A stretch of 64,000 bases of DNA, taken from NCBI RefSeq assembly GCF_035594765.1, contig NC_085846.1, positions 20,943,190-21,007,189 of the forward strand, given 5' to 3'. A program made the position numbers and the translations under genes. Position 1 is the stretch's first letter. Each line of letters starts with the position of its first letter. This DNA comes from Anolis carolinensis. Taxonomy: Eukaryota. The notes beneath the pieces are model-generated. The model saw only the letters and a list, made by a program, of their open reading frames with translations. It had not been told where the DNA came from and did no database searches. Shown piece after piece: positions 12,311-24,700 of this stretch.

Positions 12311-13234
12311 TCATTTTTTCCATAGCTTTCTCAGGGATGCCTGGATTTCCTTGTTTCTTAGACTATAGATAATAGGATTTAACAGAGGAGTTACAACAGT
12401 GTAAGAAAACGATAAAAGCTTGTCCACTGGTGGAGAATAGCTGGATTTGGGTTTTAAATACATAGAACTAGCTGTTCCATAAAAGAGGACAACCACTATT
12501 AAATGTGAAGAGCAGGTGGAGAAGGCTTTATATCTGCTCTGCAAGACTGGCATTCTGATGATAGTGAAGATAATACCAATGTAAGACAGGATGATCAGCA
12601 GGAAAGGTAGCATTATAGCCATCAGAGCTATCCCAATGACTTGAAGTTCATTTTGGAAAGTGTTTCCACAGACTAATTCCAACAGTGGCTGTACCTCGCA
12701 AAAAAAGTGGTTTATGAACACACCACAAAATGGCAATCTAAATGTGACAGTGGTGTGGACTAGCCCAACGACAGTCCCACAGATATACGAACCTGTCACC
12801 ATTTTCCAGCAAATATTTCTGCTCATAATGGTTGTGTAACGCAGAGGGCAGCATATGGCAACATATCTGTCAACTGCCATTGCAGCCAGAAGAAAGCATT
12901 CAGCTACCCCAAAAAACAGGAAGAGAAACATCTGCACAGCACATCCCAGGAAGGAAATGACATTAGGTTTGACCATTAAATTTTCTAATAACTTGGGGAT
13001 GATGACTGACATATAGCAAGCCTCCAAGAAGGCCAAATGCATTAGAAAGAAGTACATAGGTGTGTTAAGCACAGGATCAGATTTTACTATTAGAATAATC
13101 ATAGTGTTTGTCATTAAGGTGATCATGTACAGAGACAGCAACACTGCAAAGATTAAAAAATGGAATTGATGCATTTCAGTAAAACCCACAAGTATAAATC
13201 CAGACAGAATTGTAGCATTTTCTTCCATACTCAT
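12311..13234 (-). CDS. Olfactory receptor, intact, 307 aa
   Basis: NATILSGFILVGF, LNTPMYFFL, MAVDRYVAICCPLRY, KAFSTCSSHL, PLLNPIIYSLRN. Confidence 0.96.
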   Translation of the reverse strand: MSMEENATILSGFILVGFTEMHQFHFLIFAVLLSLYMITLMTNTMIILIVKSDPVLNTPMYFFLMHLAFLEACYMSVIIPKLLENLMVKPNVISFLGCAVQMFLFLFFGVAECFLLAAMAVDRYVAICCPLRYTTIMSRNICWKMVTGSYICGTVVGLVHTTVTFRLPFCGVFINHFFCEVQPLLELVCGNTFQNELQVIGIALMAIMLPFLLIILSYIGIIFTIIRMPVLQSRYKAFSTCSSHLIVVVLFYGTASSMYLKPKSSYSPPVDKLLSFSYTVVTPLLNPIIYSLRNKEIQASLRKLWKK

Positions 13235-14809
13235 ATTTCCATGGCATATCTTAATGAACTGCTTTGATCATTAAATTCACCAGTTATTTTTCTACAGTCA
13301 TTTTTCCCTTTTGCTATATTTTCACATAGAGTTGCTTCACAATTTAGAAATCACTTTTTTCTGCTGATCAATTTATAACTTACTGATGAAACATATTCTT
13401 GAAGTTGGAAAAATCAGTTGAATTTTCTTGAATTTATTTTTATAAATTAGCTTCTGTTTCTAGTTCATTATACATGGAAATCTTCACTCTATAAAATAAC
13501 CCCCAAAAAGCAGCATTAAAAATACGCACACTGTTTAATTATTGCATCTGAAGAAGTTACAAACATGAAACCAATTAAAAATAAGGACAGATATCATCAA
13601 CATTCTAAGTATAGAATGGGGAAGATGGGGATAAAGTTGTTCCATCCCTGTTAATTAATTTGATTTAAACGTGAGCTACAAGTTATGTAGTTTAGGCTTT
13701 AAGCGCTAGGTCTGGTTTCATTTCCAAATTCCCTTAAGTCTTTAGAGTGGTTTAGGGACAATTCTATTCACTCTTTTCTGTTTTAGGCTGAGGGCTCCCC
13801 AACTCCCCAAATCTGTATAGTTTGTCACTTTAAGCTCTAGACATGGGTCAATTTCACACTACATACTTATATCTATGGCTCCATCTTTAGTACCATGTTT
13901 TGCCTCACTACATGATCACATAGGAAATTCCCAGCAGCACTTAAAGAGTAATCATAACATTACAACTGCATAGTTTGAAAAGGCATCTGGTCACTTTAAG
14001 CATTGAAAAAAGACCAAAAAAATTGACAATAATAGAAAAACAATCCCCATGTCCCTTTGTGAATTAAAATATGGGGGAAGCTGGTTTGTAAACTTCTGAG
14101 GTCTGGTGTATAGTGCTTGAGGACCTCAAGACTTTTACTAAGAGCCCTCCTCAGATTGCTCTAAAATATTAAGCTGTCCATTCATCAAGTTAACATGGGA
14201 AGTGGTTAGTAGTCAGACAGTTTCTATTTCAACAAGAAATCCTGAAGTAATTCCAATTTTCTGTCTCTGTAGTTCAACACAAACTTTCTGGATGTAGATT
14301 AAATGAGGCTTCTGCACTTCTGAGTGTACTTTGAACTCAATTTGCATCATTTGGAGTGGAAATTTGGTTTCACAAACCATGTACATTCTGTGGTGTATTT
14401 AAGCTCTCTGATAAATATTCACCATCTAGAAATTAGGTTTGGAGATTAAATTATATATTACCTTAATGAATCCTCAATGCCATTGTCAAATATGGACCTT
14501 GTCCTACTCTGATGTGAAACTTTAGCAGCCCAAAGTGTTGCAATACCCAGGAAGCTGGAGCCACCAGAAGGCAAGAAACTAAAACCAAGGCTTTCTTCCT
14601 GCACTCTGTGCAACTAGGAGTAGAGTGACAACTGCATCTTAACTCATAAAATCACAGTGTTGAAACCAACTTAGAAATTGGCCACAAGGGGAGCAATTTA
14701 TAAATGAACCCAACCAATTAATAAAAGATGCTTAGCTCTTCCATGAAGTTGACCTCTTTTCCTTTGGGATTTCTCACACAAGATCTTACCATTTATGTGT
14801 TTTAAATGC

Positions 14810-14987
14810 AATTTTTTATCCTGTATTTTTGTTTTAATTGATATATTGTATTACTGTTTTATGTTTTATAGTGTGATTTGTATTATGTTGCTTATATTTT
14901 GTCCTATGTTGTTTGGGCCTCTGCCCCATGTAAGCCGCCCTGAGTCCCCACTGGGAGATGGTGGCGGGGTATAAATAAAGTTTTGTT

Positions 14988-15020
<33 letters not shown>
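14810..15020 (+). repeat. L2-type 3' end plus (ATC)n microsatellite
   Basis: gtaagccgccctgagtcccc...ggcggggtataaataaag followed by (atc)n. Confidence 0.7.
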
Positions 15021-15329
15021 TTTTGTCCACTTTGAGGTCAGCATCTATTACTATGGTGAATACATTTAACCAGAACAATGCCGTCTTTCTCTCTTTCCAC
15101 CTACTCACAGTTCCCAGGTGACTTCTGGCTTGCATGGAAAATTAGTTCCCATATAATTTTGAGTTCCCCCCTCTTCTCTCTCTCTCTCTATATATATATG
15201 GCATTAAAATCACATAAATTGGATTTCCATGAGCGATCAATACATTTTCATTAGACAACCCCTAAAATGAACCTCAGGACAAAATAAATCTTTCACATCT
15301 TTCAGTTTTTTGATCTGGTCATGTAAGTG

Positions 15330-15465
15330 TGATTTATTGTTATAATTGTATTATTTTACTTTGTTTAATAATGTGTATTATGTTGTTATGTAATGTTTGT
15401 GTTGCTTTTATGACTGTAAACCGCCCTGAGTCCCATCCGGGAGATAGGGCGGTATATAAATAAAG

Positions 15466-15526
<61 letters not shown>
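15330..15526 (+). repeat. L2-type 3' end plus (TTA)n microsatellite
   Basis: ccgccctgagtccc...gggcggtatataaataaag followed by (tta)n. Confidence 0.7.
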
Positions 15527-16071
15527 TCCAAATGGAAAGAAGAACCCCTTATCAAATTCTATGTTCACATTTCCTTTTTTAAAAAAATGAAACATTCATA
15601 AATGTAAAAAAAATGAATCTCAAACATTCACCCAAATATCCTTGAGTCAGTAGAGGAAATACATTGAATAAAGTGGTACTATTACCATATTGGATCTAGA
15701 CACTATATTTCAATTGAAACATCCTACAATTGTATTGTATTTTAGCTATCTATCACATGCTTCGCACTTCCATTTCTAGGAGAACAAGATTCACCATGAG
15801 AATGCATTTTGTGATGCTTTTCATGTTAAGATACTAAAAATGGCACAGTTAGTGTTTTGAAAGATTTTATTTATACATGTATTACAATGTATATACAGAA
15901 AAACATACATGGAAATAAAAATAGTTCAGAGAAAGAACAATGCACTCAGGAAAATTGATGTATCTGAAAACTAATACCAGAGAGAGATGGCAAATCTGCT
16001 CATCCTAAGCATTTCTTTTTGAGATTGAGAAATTATGAACTGATTATAGAAAGCCATACTACAACAATGAT

Positions 16072-16606
16072 TCAGTGCTTTCTCTTTAAGAAGAACTCCT
16101 TGTTCAGTTCAGGCTTCCATAAAATAATGTAGCATTTGGGGAAAAAGAGTAACCCAGCGCTGGAGGCTAAAATAGAGAAAGTTTCCACAGCTGCAACAGA
16201 CATCCCCTTAGTGCTCAAGTAGCTTGGAACAAATGATACCCAAACACTGCAAAACAACAACATGCTGAAAGTAATACGTTTGGCTTCATTAAAAGTGTCC
16301 TGAAGCCTATGAGCTAAAAAATCTAAGCTGAGAGTGACAAAGGCCATAAACCTCATGTAGCCCAGCACAACATAAAATATTGTGGGTGGTGACTCATGAC
16401 ACTGCAGCACAATTTCTTTTGTCAAAGAATGCATGTCAGTCTCTGGAAATGCGGGAGAGGTTGCCACCCACACAAGACAAATACCTGCTTGGATAATGGT
16501 GCAAGCAAGAATAATGGAATTGGTAATTCTTTTCCCTATCCATTTCTTAATCTTGGATCTTGGCCATATGGCCATGAAAGCTAGAACCACTGTGAGGGTT
16601 TTCCCA
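16072..16606 (-). pseudogene. Orphan V2R exon-6 fragment (TM3 to C-terminus)
   Basis: GKTLTVVLAF...DTFNEAKRITFSMLLFC...PKCYII; homology stops abruptly at about 16606 next to an AAAT run; lacks TM1-2 and an acceptor; 3-codon deletion in TM7 (GLL---FFPK). Confidence 0.88.
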
Positions 16607-17382
16607 TTTATTTATTTATTTAAAAAAAAACCTACAAGTGCTATCTCCTTGATTTTGCCTACAATGACACAAGATAACCAGACCATAATTCCCCCCAAAA
16701 TCAGAAAGATTTGCACATCTACTGATTTTTGGGGGATTTTAAAAGCTTTGACAAAAACTTGTCTTAAACACTACAACAGCTATCTCCTTGAATGTCCCTA
16801 TATGACACACAACACATACCATAGAACATCTTAGGGATTTTTCTCCCAATCCAGCACAGATTTACTATCACTCTTCTTTGCAGATTCAATAATTTATTGG
16901 AGCTCTAAACCTCATGGCTGGCTGTTGCTACGGATGGACAATAGCTCTCCCCTACTTCGCTGAGGCTTTCTGATATGAGCAGAATTCTCAGAAATGTAGT
17001 TTAGAGCAGGGCTTCTCGAATTCTCTTCCGCAGGGGTCCCTGCCTTCTCAAACTACATTTCCCAGAATTCTTAGTCTCCCTCCCCCCCCCCCCCAAGCTC
17101 ACTTGCCCTCCCAATGGCGACAGGCAATCAGGTTCTCCTTAAATAAAGAAGAATTGCCTCTTTGGCCTCGCACCACTGGTACAGTTTGCTGCTTGTGCTG
17201 AAAATGAAACTGACTTTGGGAGCCCTATGAAGTTTACTAAACTTTTAACAAGTCAAAAGTGAATCTTTTGATTCTTAAGTTTTTTGCGTGGCTGCTCCTC
17301 ACATTTCTCAATATTGTCTCAGATGTACAGATCTTATGAAATAATATGATACACAAACCACAAATGACTTTTTTGCACAGCC

Positions 17383-18326
17383 CTAGAAACTACCCATTTT
17401 GTGTACTGAGATTATAGAATTATTTTCAGTACTTTTTTTAAAGAAGATCTCCTTCTTATTCAGTTCAGGCTTCAATAAGATAATATAGCATTTGGGGAAA
17501 AAGAGACAACCTAATAATCCAGCACTGGAAGCTAACATGGCAAAGATTTCCACAACTACCTTGGTTTTCCCTTTAGTGCTCATGTGGCTTGGGATGAAGA
17601 TCAACCAAACACTGCAAAACAGCAGCATGCTAATAGTGATATATTTGCTTTCATTAAAACTGTCTGGCACCTTATGGGCAAAAAAAACCACACTGAAGCT
17701 GCCAGTGGCTAGAATACCCATGAAGACCAAGAGGTAACAAAGCACAACAGATGGTGGTTCATGACATTGCAGCACAATTTCTTCTCTCAATGAATGCATG
17801 TCAGTCTCTGGCGATGGTGAATAGATTGTCATATATACAAGCCAAATGCCTGTTTGGATTATGGAGGAAGAAAAAATAATAGAGATGGTCAGTTTTCTCC
17901 CCATCCATTTCTTGATCCTGGATCCTGGCTGTGTGGCTTTGAAAGCTAGAATCACTGTGACGTTTTTTGCAAATACAGTAGAAACAGCAATATTGTAGAT
18001 AAAGCCAAAGACACTTTGACGTAAATAACATGTTATCTTCTTAGGTTGGCCAATGAATATCAAGGTACAAAGGAAGCTGAGGAGCAGAGAGATGAGCAGA
18101 ATGTAGGTCAAGCTTTGGTTGTTTGCTTTTACTATTGGAGTGTTGTGATGCTTCATAAATATTCTTAATATTACAGCCACAGTGAAAGAAAATAAAACAG
18201 CACAACTGGCTAAACTAATACCTAATGGTTCTTCATAAGATAGGAAGGTTATTGTCTTGGGAAAACATGAATTCTGATCCAGGTTTGCATATTGATCATC
18301 TGAGCATTTGAAACATTCAGATGAGT
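17383..18326 (-). CDS. V2R-B exon 6 (7TM)
   Basis: 944 nt, SSECFKCSDDQYANLDQNSCFPK...TPIVKANN...PKCYII...GSF*. Confidence 0.94.
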
Positions 18327-18328
18327 CT

Positions 18329-18379
<51 letters not shown>

Positions 18380-18685
18380 TGTTACAAACAATGGGCTTTC
18401 TTTATAAAACAAGCAAGTTACAAACATCCAACTTAGAAGTGACTCATAGTTAAGAATGGGTGTGAGACAACAGGAAGTGAGAGAAATCTACTTCTTGAAG
18501 GGAAAATCACTCCTAAAAGAGTTATAATGGGGAAAATATGTCTCCACTGAAACTTTATCACCAATCCTTGTTTCCATAACAAGCCATTTTATTTTTCAAA
18601 ATCCAGTTATCATTTATGTATATGTAGGAAAGTGCCGAACAGGATGATAGACAGATGGGTAATCAGCCCCCCTCCCCACGTCCCT

Positions 18686-18736
<51 letters not shown>

Positions 18737-21700
18737 CTTGGCTTGAGGTCTGTGTCCCTGTTCAAAAGATTTCACCTCACTTTCTGTCCCTGTGATAATT
18801 GGATTTTGAAAAAAAAATGGCTTGCTGTGGAAACAAGGATTGGTGTATAAACAGAACTACACTTTAAAAAGGTACATGTTCCAACTTACATACAAATTCA
18901 GCTTAAGAACAAATCTACAGAACCTATCTTGTTTGTAACTTGGGGACTGCCTATATATCTTTTATATTTTGTCATAACTTGGAGAAAGTGGGACTAGTGT
19001 TATAACTAGGACAGGCCACACAGATTGGCTGTTGTTGGGAGAGTGGTAGACCAGCAGAGAGGGAAAACATCCCACAGTGGCCATCTTTGCTCCCTCTGCT
19101 TACTGAATGTTGTGGGCTGCAGTTGTGTGGTTGTGAAAGAAGAATTAGGGGCCGGGCTGTGGCACAGGCTGGACCGGGCTGAAGAAGGACCGGGCTGTGG
19201 CACAGGCTGGAAAGCAAGCCAGCTGCAACAAATCAACAAATCACTCTGACCAAGAGGTCATGAGTTCGAGGCCAGCCCGATGCCTGCGTCTTGTCTCTGT
19301 CTCTGTTCTGTGTCATGGCATTGAATGTTTGCCTTTATGTGTAATAGAAGACCCAATAAATACAATTCATTTTTGGCTCTCTAAAATAAGAGAATTTGGG
19401 GAAAATTCGGGATTAAGGATAAATATGGACAAGACCGCATTACTATCAAAAAACATGACGGAAAAAAGACAAAAGGAGCTAATGAGAATCTCTGGGATTC
19501 AGATTAGGAAGAAAATAAAATATCTAGGAATAACATTAACGGCAAAAAATTCACAATTATTAGAAAATAACTATGATCACAAATGGAAAGAAATACAAAG
19601 GGACTTAGAAAGATGGAAGTATGCAAAACTATCGTTATTAGGAAGAATTTCAGCAATAAAAATGACCATCTTGCCCAAGCTACTATTCTTATTCCAAAAC
19701 ATTCCGATTATTAGAAATACCCAAAAATTTAAAAACTGGAATAAAGAAATAAGCAAATTCATTTGGATGGGGGAAAACCAAGAATTAAAAGAATTTACTT
19801 AACAGACGAGAAGAAGAGAGGAGGTCTGGGTCTCCCAGACCTCCAACTTTACCACGATGCAAGTGGCCTAAATTGGGTGAAAGATTGGTCCACATTGGGA
19901 AACGCCAAAATCATAGCATTAGAAGGAATAGACTTAAGGGCGGGATGGCATGCATACCTGTGGTATAATCGAAAATCAACAGAAAAAATTTTTGGCAACC
20001 ATTTTATTAGATCATCGCTGATAAAAATATGGGAAAAATACAAAAAGAAACTATATCTGAAAACTCCAAAATGGATCTCCCCATTAGAAGCAGGCCAGAG
20101 GAGAGAAACGGGAGGAGATATCTGGCCGAGATATAAGGATATATTAACTAAGGAAAGCGGGACATACAATATGAAAAGCCAAGAAGAGATTAACCAGAAA
20201 TTCGGTAATGTAGGATGGTACCAATATAGACAACTAAAAGAATACTATAATAAAGACAAAAAATTGGGTTTCGAAGAAACAGAAGGATTTTGGGACAAAG
20301 TGATGAAATTAGAAAGAAAACAAATATCTATAATATACGCAAAATTAATCGAATGGGAGACAGAAACGGTACCAGTAAAAGACAGTATGATCAAATGGGC
20401 CAAAAATCTAGGTAAAAAAATCTATTTAGAAGAGTGGGAAAAGGCCTGGAACTCCAGATTAAAAATAACATATGCAACAGAATTGAAAGAAAATTGGATT
20501 AAAATGTTTTACCGTTGGTATTTGACCCCCCCAAAAATATCAAAATATTATAATAAAACCTCGAACAAATGTTGGAAATGTGAAGATCAAATAGGAACGT
20601 TTTTCCATTGTTGGTGGACTTGCAAAAAAGCAAAGAAATACTGGAAAGAAATCCACCAGGCAATACAAAAGATGTTGCAAATTAAAATAGACTTAGATCC
20701 AAAATACTTTCTCCTGGGAATGCTCAACATTGAAAATAATAAAAATAAAGAAATGCTTTTCAATTATCTCACTACAGCGGCCAGAATTATATATGCCAAA
20801 TATTGGAAAAAGAAAGAAATTCCTGAACTAGATTGTTGGTTAATTAAGGTCATGGAAATAATGAATATGGACAAATTAACATACTTACTAAAAACAATTA
20901 CAGTATCCCAAAAAAGCAAACAAATTGGGAACCGATTAAAAAGTACTTGGTAGAAATGCAAATGAAGGTGCTAATATAACTTATATTACTTAAATAAATT
21001 ATATAAAAGTCTTGTATACTAACAGAAAGAAACATGAAGATGTGGTCACCAAACAGAAAGAAGGAAGGAAAAAGAAAGGAAAAAGAGGTATAAATACAAA
21101 CTTCTTAAAGTAGCTGTGTAAGAGATGGAAGTCACTCCGTTGGATTTTATTACAACACTTGCTCTTGTTCTGTGTTTTTGTTTATATGCTTTATTATATG
21201 TTTCTATCCTTTTTTTTCTTCTTCTTCTTTTCTCTCTTCCCTCCTTTATTGCATTTATTTCTCCTTTTTTCCTAGAACTCATTGTTCTCACACTTTCACT
21301 GTAATTTTTTTAGTTGCAAAATCAATAAAAACTTATTTAAAAAAAAGAATGTTTGCCTTTATGTGTGCAATGTGATCCGCCCTGAGTCCCCCGCAGGGTG
21401 AGAAGGGCAGAATATAAATGCTGCAAATAAATAAATAATAAATAAATAAATGTTGGTGGGAAAAGCTTTGCCCTTTCCCCACAGCTGGATTTCTTTACAA
21501 CAATTCAATTTGCTCTGACATCCTTCACAGAACATGTTCTTCCCCAGTCCCTCCTCCTCTTTCTCACATATTTACACATATGATTTGACATATCAACTCC
21601 TCTCTTTTTAGAATTATTATTTGTGGGGTATAGTGCCCTCATTTTGTCCTTCAGTAGCTATAGACATACCAGAATACTAAACACCAGAACTTTCTAAGTA

Positions 21701-24700
21701 TTTCATGTTGATGACATCATTTTGCGACACACTATTTCAGTTTTACTAGCAAACCGGAGGTTAAACCAACCCCTTATAAGAGATATAAGCACATACATTA
21801 ATTGGGATAATGAAATGTTTGGGGACATAACATACCTCATGAAAACCTTTCATTTATATTTTTAAAAATATAAGATTTATTGCTTATTTTGCATAAAGAT
21901 TCCCATAGAGATTTCTCATTTTGTTCTCATGACACACCTATACATGGCAGCTGACACTAACATGTTGCGACACATAGTTTGGGAAGCATTTGCTTTAGAT
22001 AGACCCTACTAGAGTAGGTCTATCCAATGAAACACTGAATGAGGTATAAACCTGCATGCCAATCTACTCTCAGTGAGATCACTTGCCATCTCATCACCCA
22101 GGACTTGGGAAGTGCTGTCCATCCCACAACATTGCTGGACTTCCGGGGAAGGCTTGAGTAGAAATGTCATTTGATGCTTCCCTACAAACATGGGAGCCTG
22201 CTTGTGTTGTGTTGGCTCCAATACAGCCAGCACACTTCAGCGCCGCTTCAGCAATGCTTCTCCCATGAGATACGGGAAACACTGGTACACTGGAGTGATG
22301 CATGGAGTGATAGAGCCATCTCTCATGCCTGCCATTTCACCACGCTTGCTGACAAAATGGCACTGGGGGGGGGCTCCCCGTGTGAAAAAGTCATTAAAGG
22401 ATTCAGTCAATAAATGAGGTATGTTTCTCTAATTCAACTCTTACCTTCTTTATCAGATATGAATCCTTTGGGACATGGAACGCAATCATAACAACAGAAG
22501 GATTGACCTTCCTTCCTTTTCTTCCTATAACCAGGTTGGCAGTTGGCACTGCACTGGGAAAGAGGCTGCGTCTGTCCACCAATTGAAGAAAATGTCAGTC
22601 TTTGCAAACTTATTCAGGGTCATTAATCTTAAGAAGACCATATGTTATACAATAAGGTTTTACTAAACAGTACTGCCAGGAACATAGGAGAACATATCTC
22701 TGGCACAATCTTCATATAAGCAATAATGGCTCACTTGTTTGGTGCAATAAGTGTCAGCTTTGTTAGCTAGAGAGGAAGGACAAGTCTGGATGACATTGTC
22801 TCTTTCCTAGGATAGACTCAAATTGCTCCAAGGTAATGCATTGAATTTAATGGATTATGGGGACTCCTTCCCTCCCTCCCTTTACCTTACCTTTCCTTGT
22901 GTACACATGCAGAATTTGTAAAAAAAAAAAAAAAAAAAGAAAGAAAGAAAAGAAAAGAAAAAGAAAAGAAAAGAAAGAAAAGAAAAGAAAAAAGAAAAGA
23001 AAAGAATGATATTAAAAATGCAATTATTTTCCAAATACATTGTACTTTTAATATGCCACACATTGATTTTTTCATGCCATCTAAAACATTTATGTTCTTG
23101 TAGTGATAAAGTGACTTTTAATATGTCCCTCAACTAATTAATTTAGAAAATGCAAAATCACAGATAATAGTGTATCCTATTGAAATGAATGATATCCAGC
23201 CCAAGAATCCCATAGATTTGTGCTGGAGGAAAAAGGAAATGTCTAGAGAGGACATATTTTGCTGGATATCAGTAAACTAAATCATTAGTACAATTCCTAC
23301 AAATATAGGGATTTTATGGTTTTTCATTTATGGCTTCAGATTTTCTAGAATTTTCTGGATTTTTATTCTTCCTGAGTAGACATATTAAAGTGACCCACAC
23401 TCTTTTAGTGGAAACTTCAGTTGACTGGAACATATGTATCACTCCAGAGAGGAATTCATTGAGTATAAGAATTATCTATTAAGGGAAACAAATACACATT
23501 AGCCATATGAAGGCATACAAAAATGCCTTCCACTAGGCAGAATTTTAAAAATTAATACACAGACAGATACAAATATGACATCTTGCCAAAAAGGAACTCT
23601 CACTCCCAAAATGGAGATGCTATCTGAAATATTTGAATTATTACCAGATTAAACCAGTTAGACCATACAATGGCATCTTCATCAATGCTGACTGCTTCAT
23701 CTGGAGGAGCCCAGGGATCCAGCTTTCCAATTCTGACTCCAATCCAAGATCCATTTTGAAATGTGACCCAATTTATGATGTCAAATCCTACTTCTAGTAC
23801 GCCATTCTGGTCAAAGGAAATCTTTTCTCCAACAGTGTTATTGAATGACACAAATTTCAAAAAATGATGGAGCTACATGTAAAAAATGAAAACATTTTCC
23901 CTTTACTGAAACAAGAGTGACTTTAACATGTATTGTACCAATGCTATAGTTAAGCAATGATTTTCCATTTGTATTTCTATAGCCACAAGTGACACATGAA
24001 AAAGTTTCCAAATTAAAATCAGAATCCATTACCTGCCACAATGGCTGCCTTCTCCCTGACTTCCTTAATACCTTATTATTGGACCTAGAGGAATACATTG
24101 TATGTAAAGCATGAGCCACAGCATAGACAGTGTTATAGATGTTGTAACTTTGGCCTGTTACACTCACTGGGAGGACATGCTCATGAAGGCTCTCCAACCT
24201 CTCCTCTCCAGTGCAGATATCTCCAGTCACATTCCTCTGAAGGGAATCCTGAAATGTGCAGCAAAATGCCTGAGTCCAAAACTCTTTGAGGAAACCATCT
24301 CCATAAGCATTAGAAGGATTTCTGTTCTGAAGAAATTGCTGGAATCCTGGAAGTTCTCTGGAGTGAAGTGTAAAGGATATAGTGCAAAGGAATTGTGTAT
24401 CCCAGTTCCATCCACTTGCAAGGGATTTTAATTCCATTCCAACTGTCAGAATCCAAACTTTACCTATTGGCTTTGATATTCCTCCATTAATTGATTTGCT
24501 TAGAAAATCTCCTAGAAATGTCATGTGATATAGATCCCAATAAAGAACTATAACATTGGTTTTGCTGTTCATGACTTTATCATACAATTGAAATGCACAG
24601 TTTAAAAAAGTGTCCTTTTTAGTGTTATAATGTAAACATAATTTAGTAAATGACTCTATGACAGCAAAACATATGCCTTTCTTCGAAAATTCTGGGATCA

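Noticed and set aside
14834-15595. Poly-Met, poly-Ile and poly-Asn ORFs (also 36316, 38440, 22882)
   Set aside because: Translations of microsatellites and LINE tails.
16900-17140. Promoter-like motifs (GTTGCTACGG, ACTACATTTCCCAG, CCAAT)
   Set aside because: The ACTACA..TCCCAG motif is one arm of a palindrome (16980-17070) of the kind found in local MITEs; nothing independent supports a promoter.
19250-19280. tRNA-like B box (gagttcgagg)
   Set aside because: Head of a tRNA-derived SINE; no cloverleaf.
23838-24032. C-terminal extension of the 327-aa ORF
   Set aside because: Read-through into V2R-B intron 3 past the GTAATG donor at 24032.
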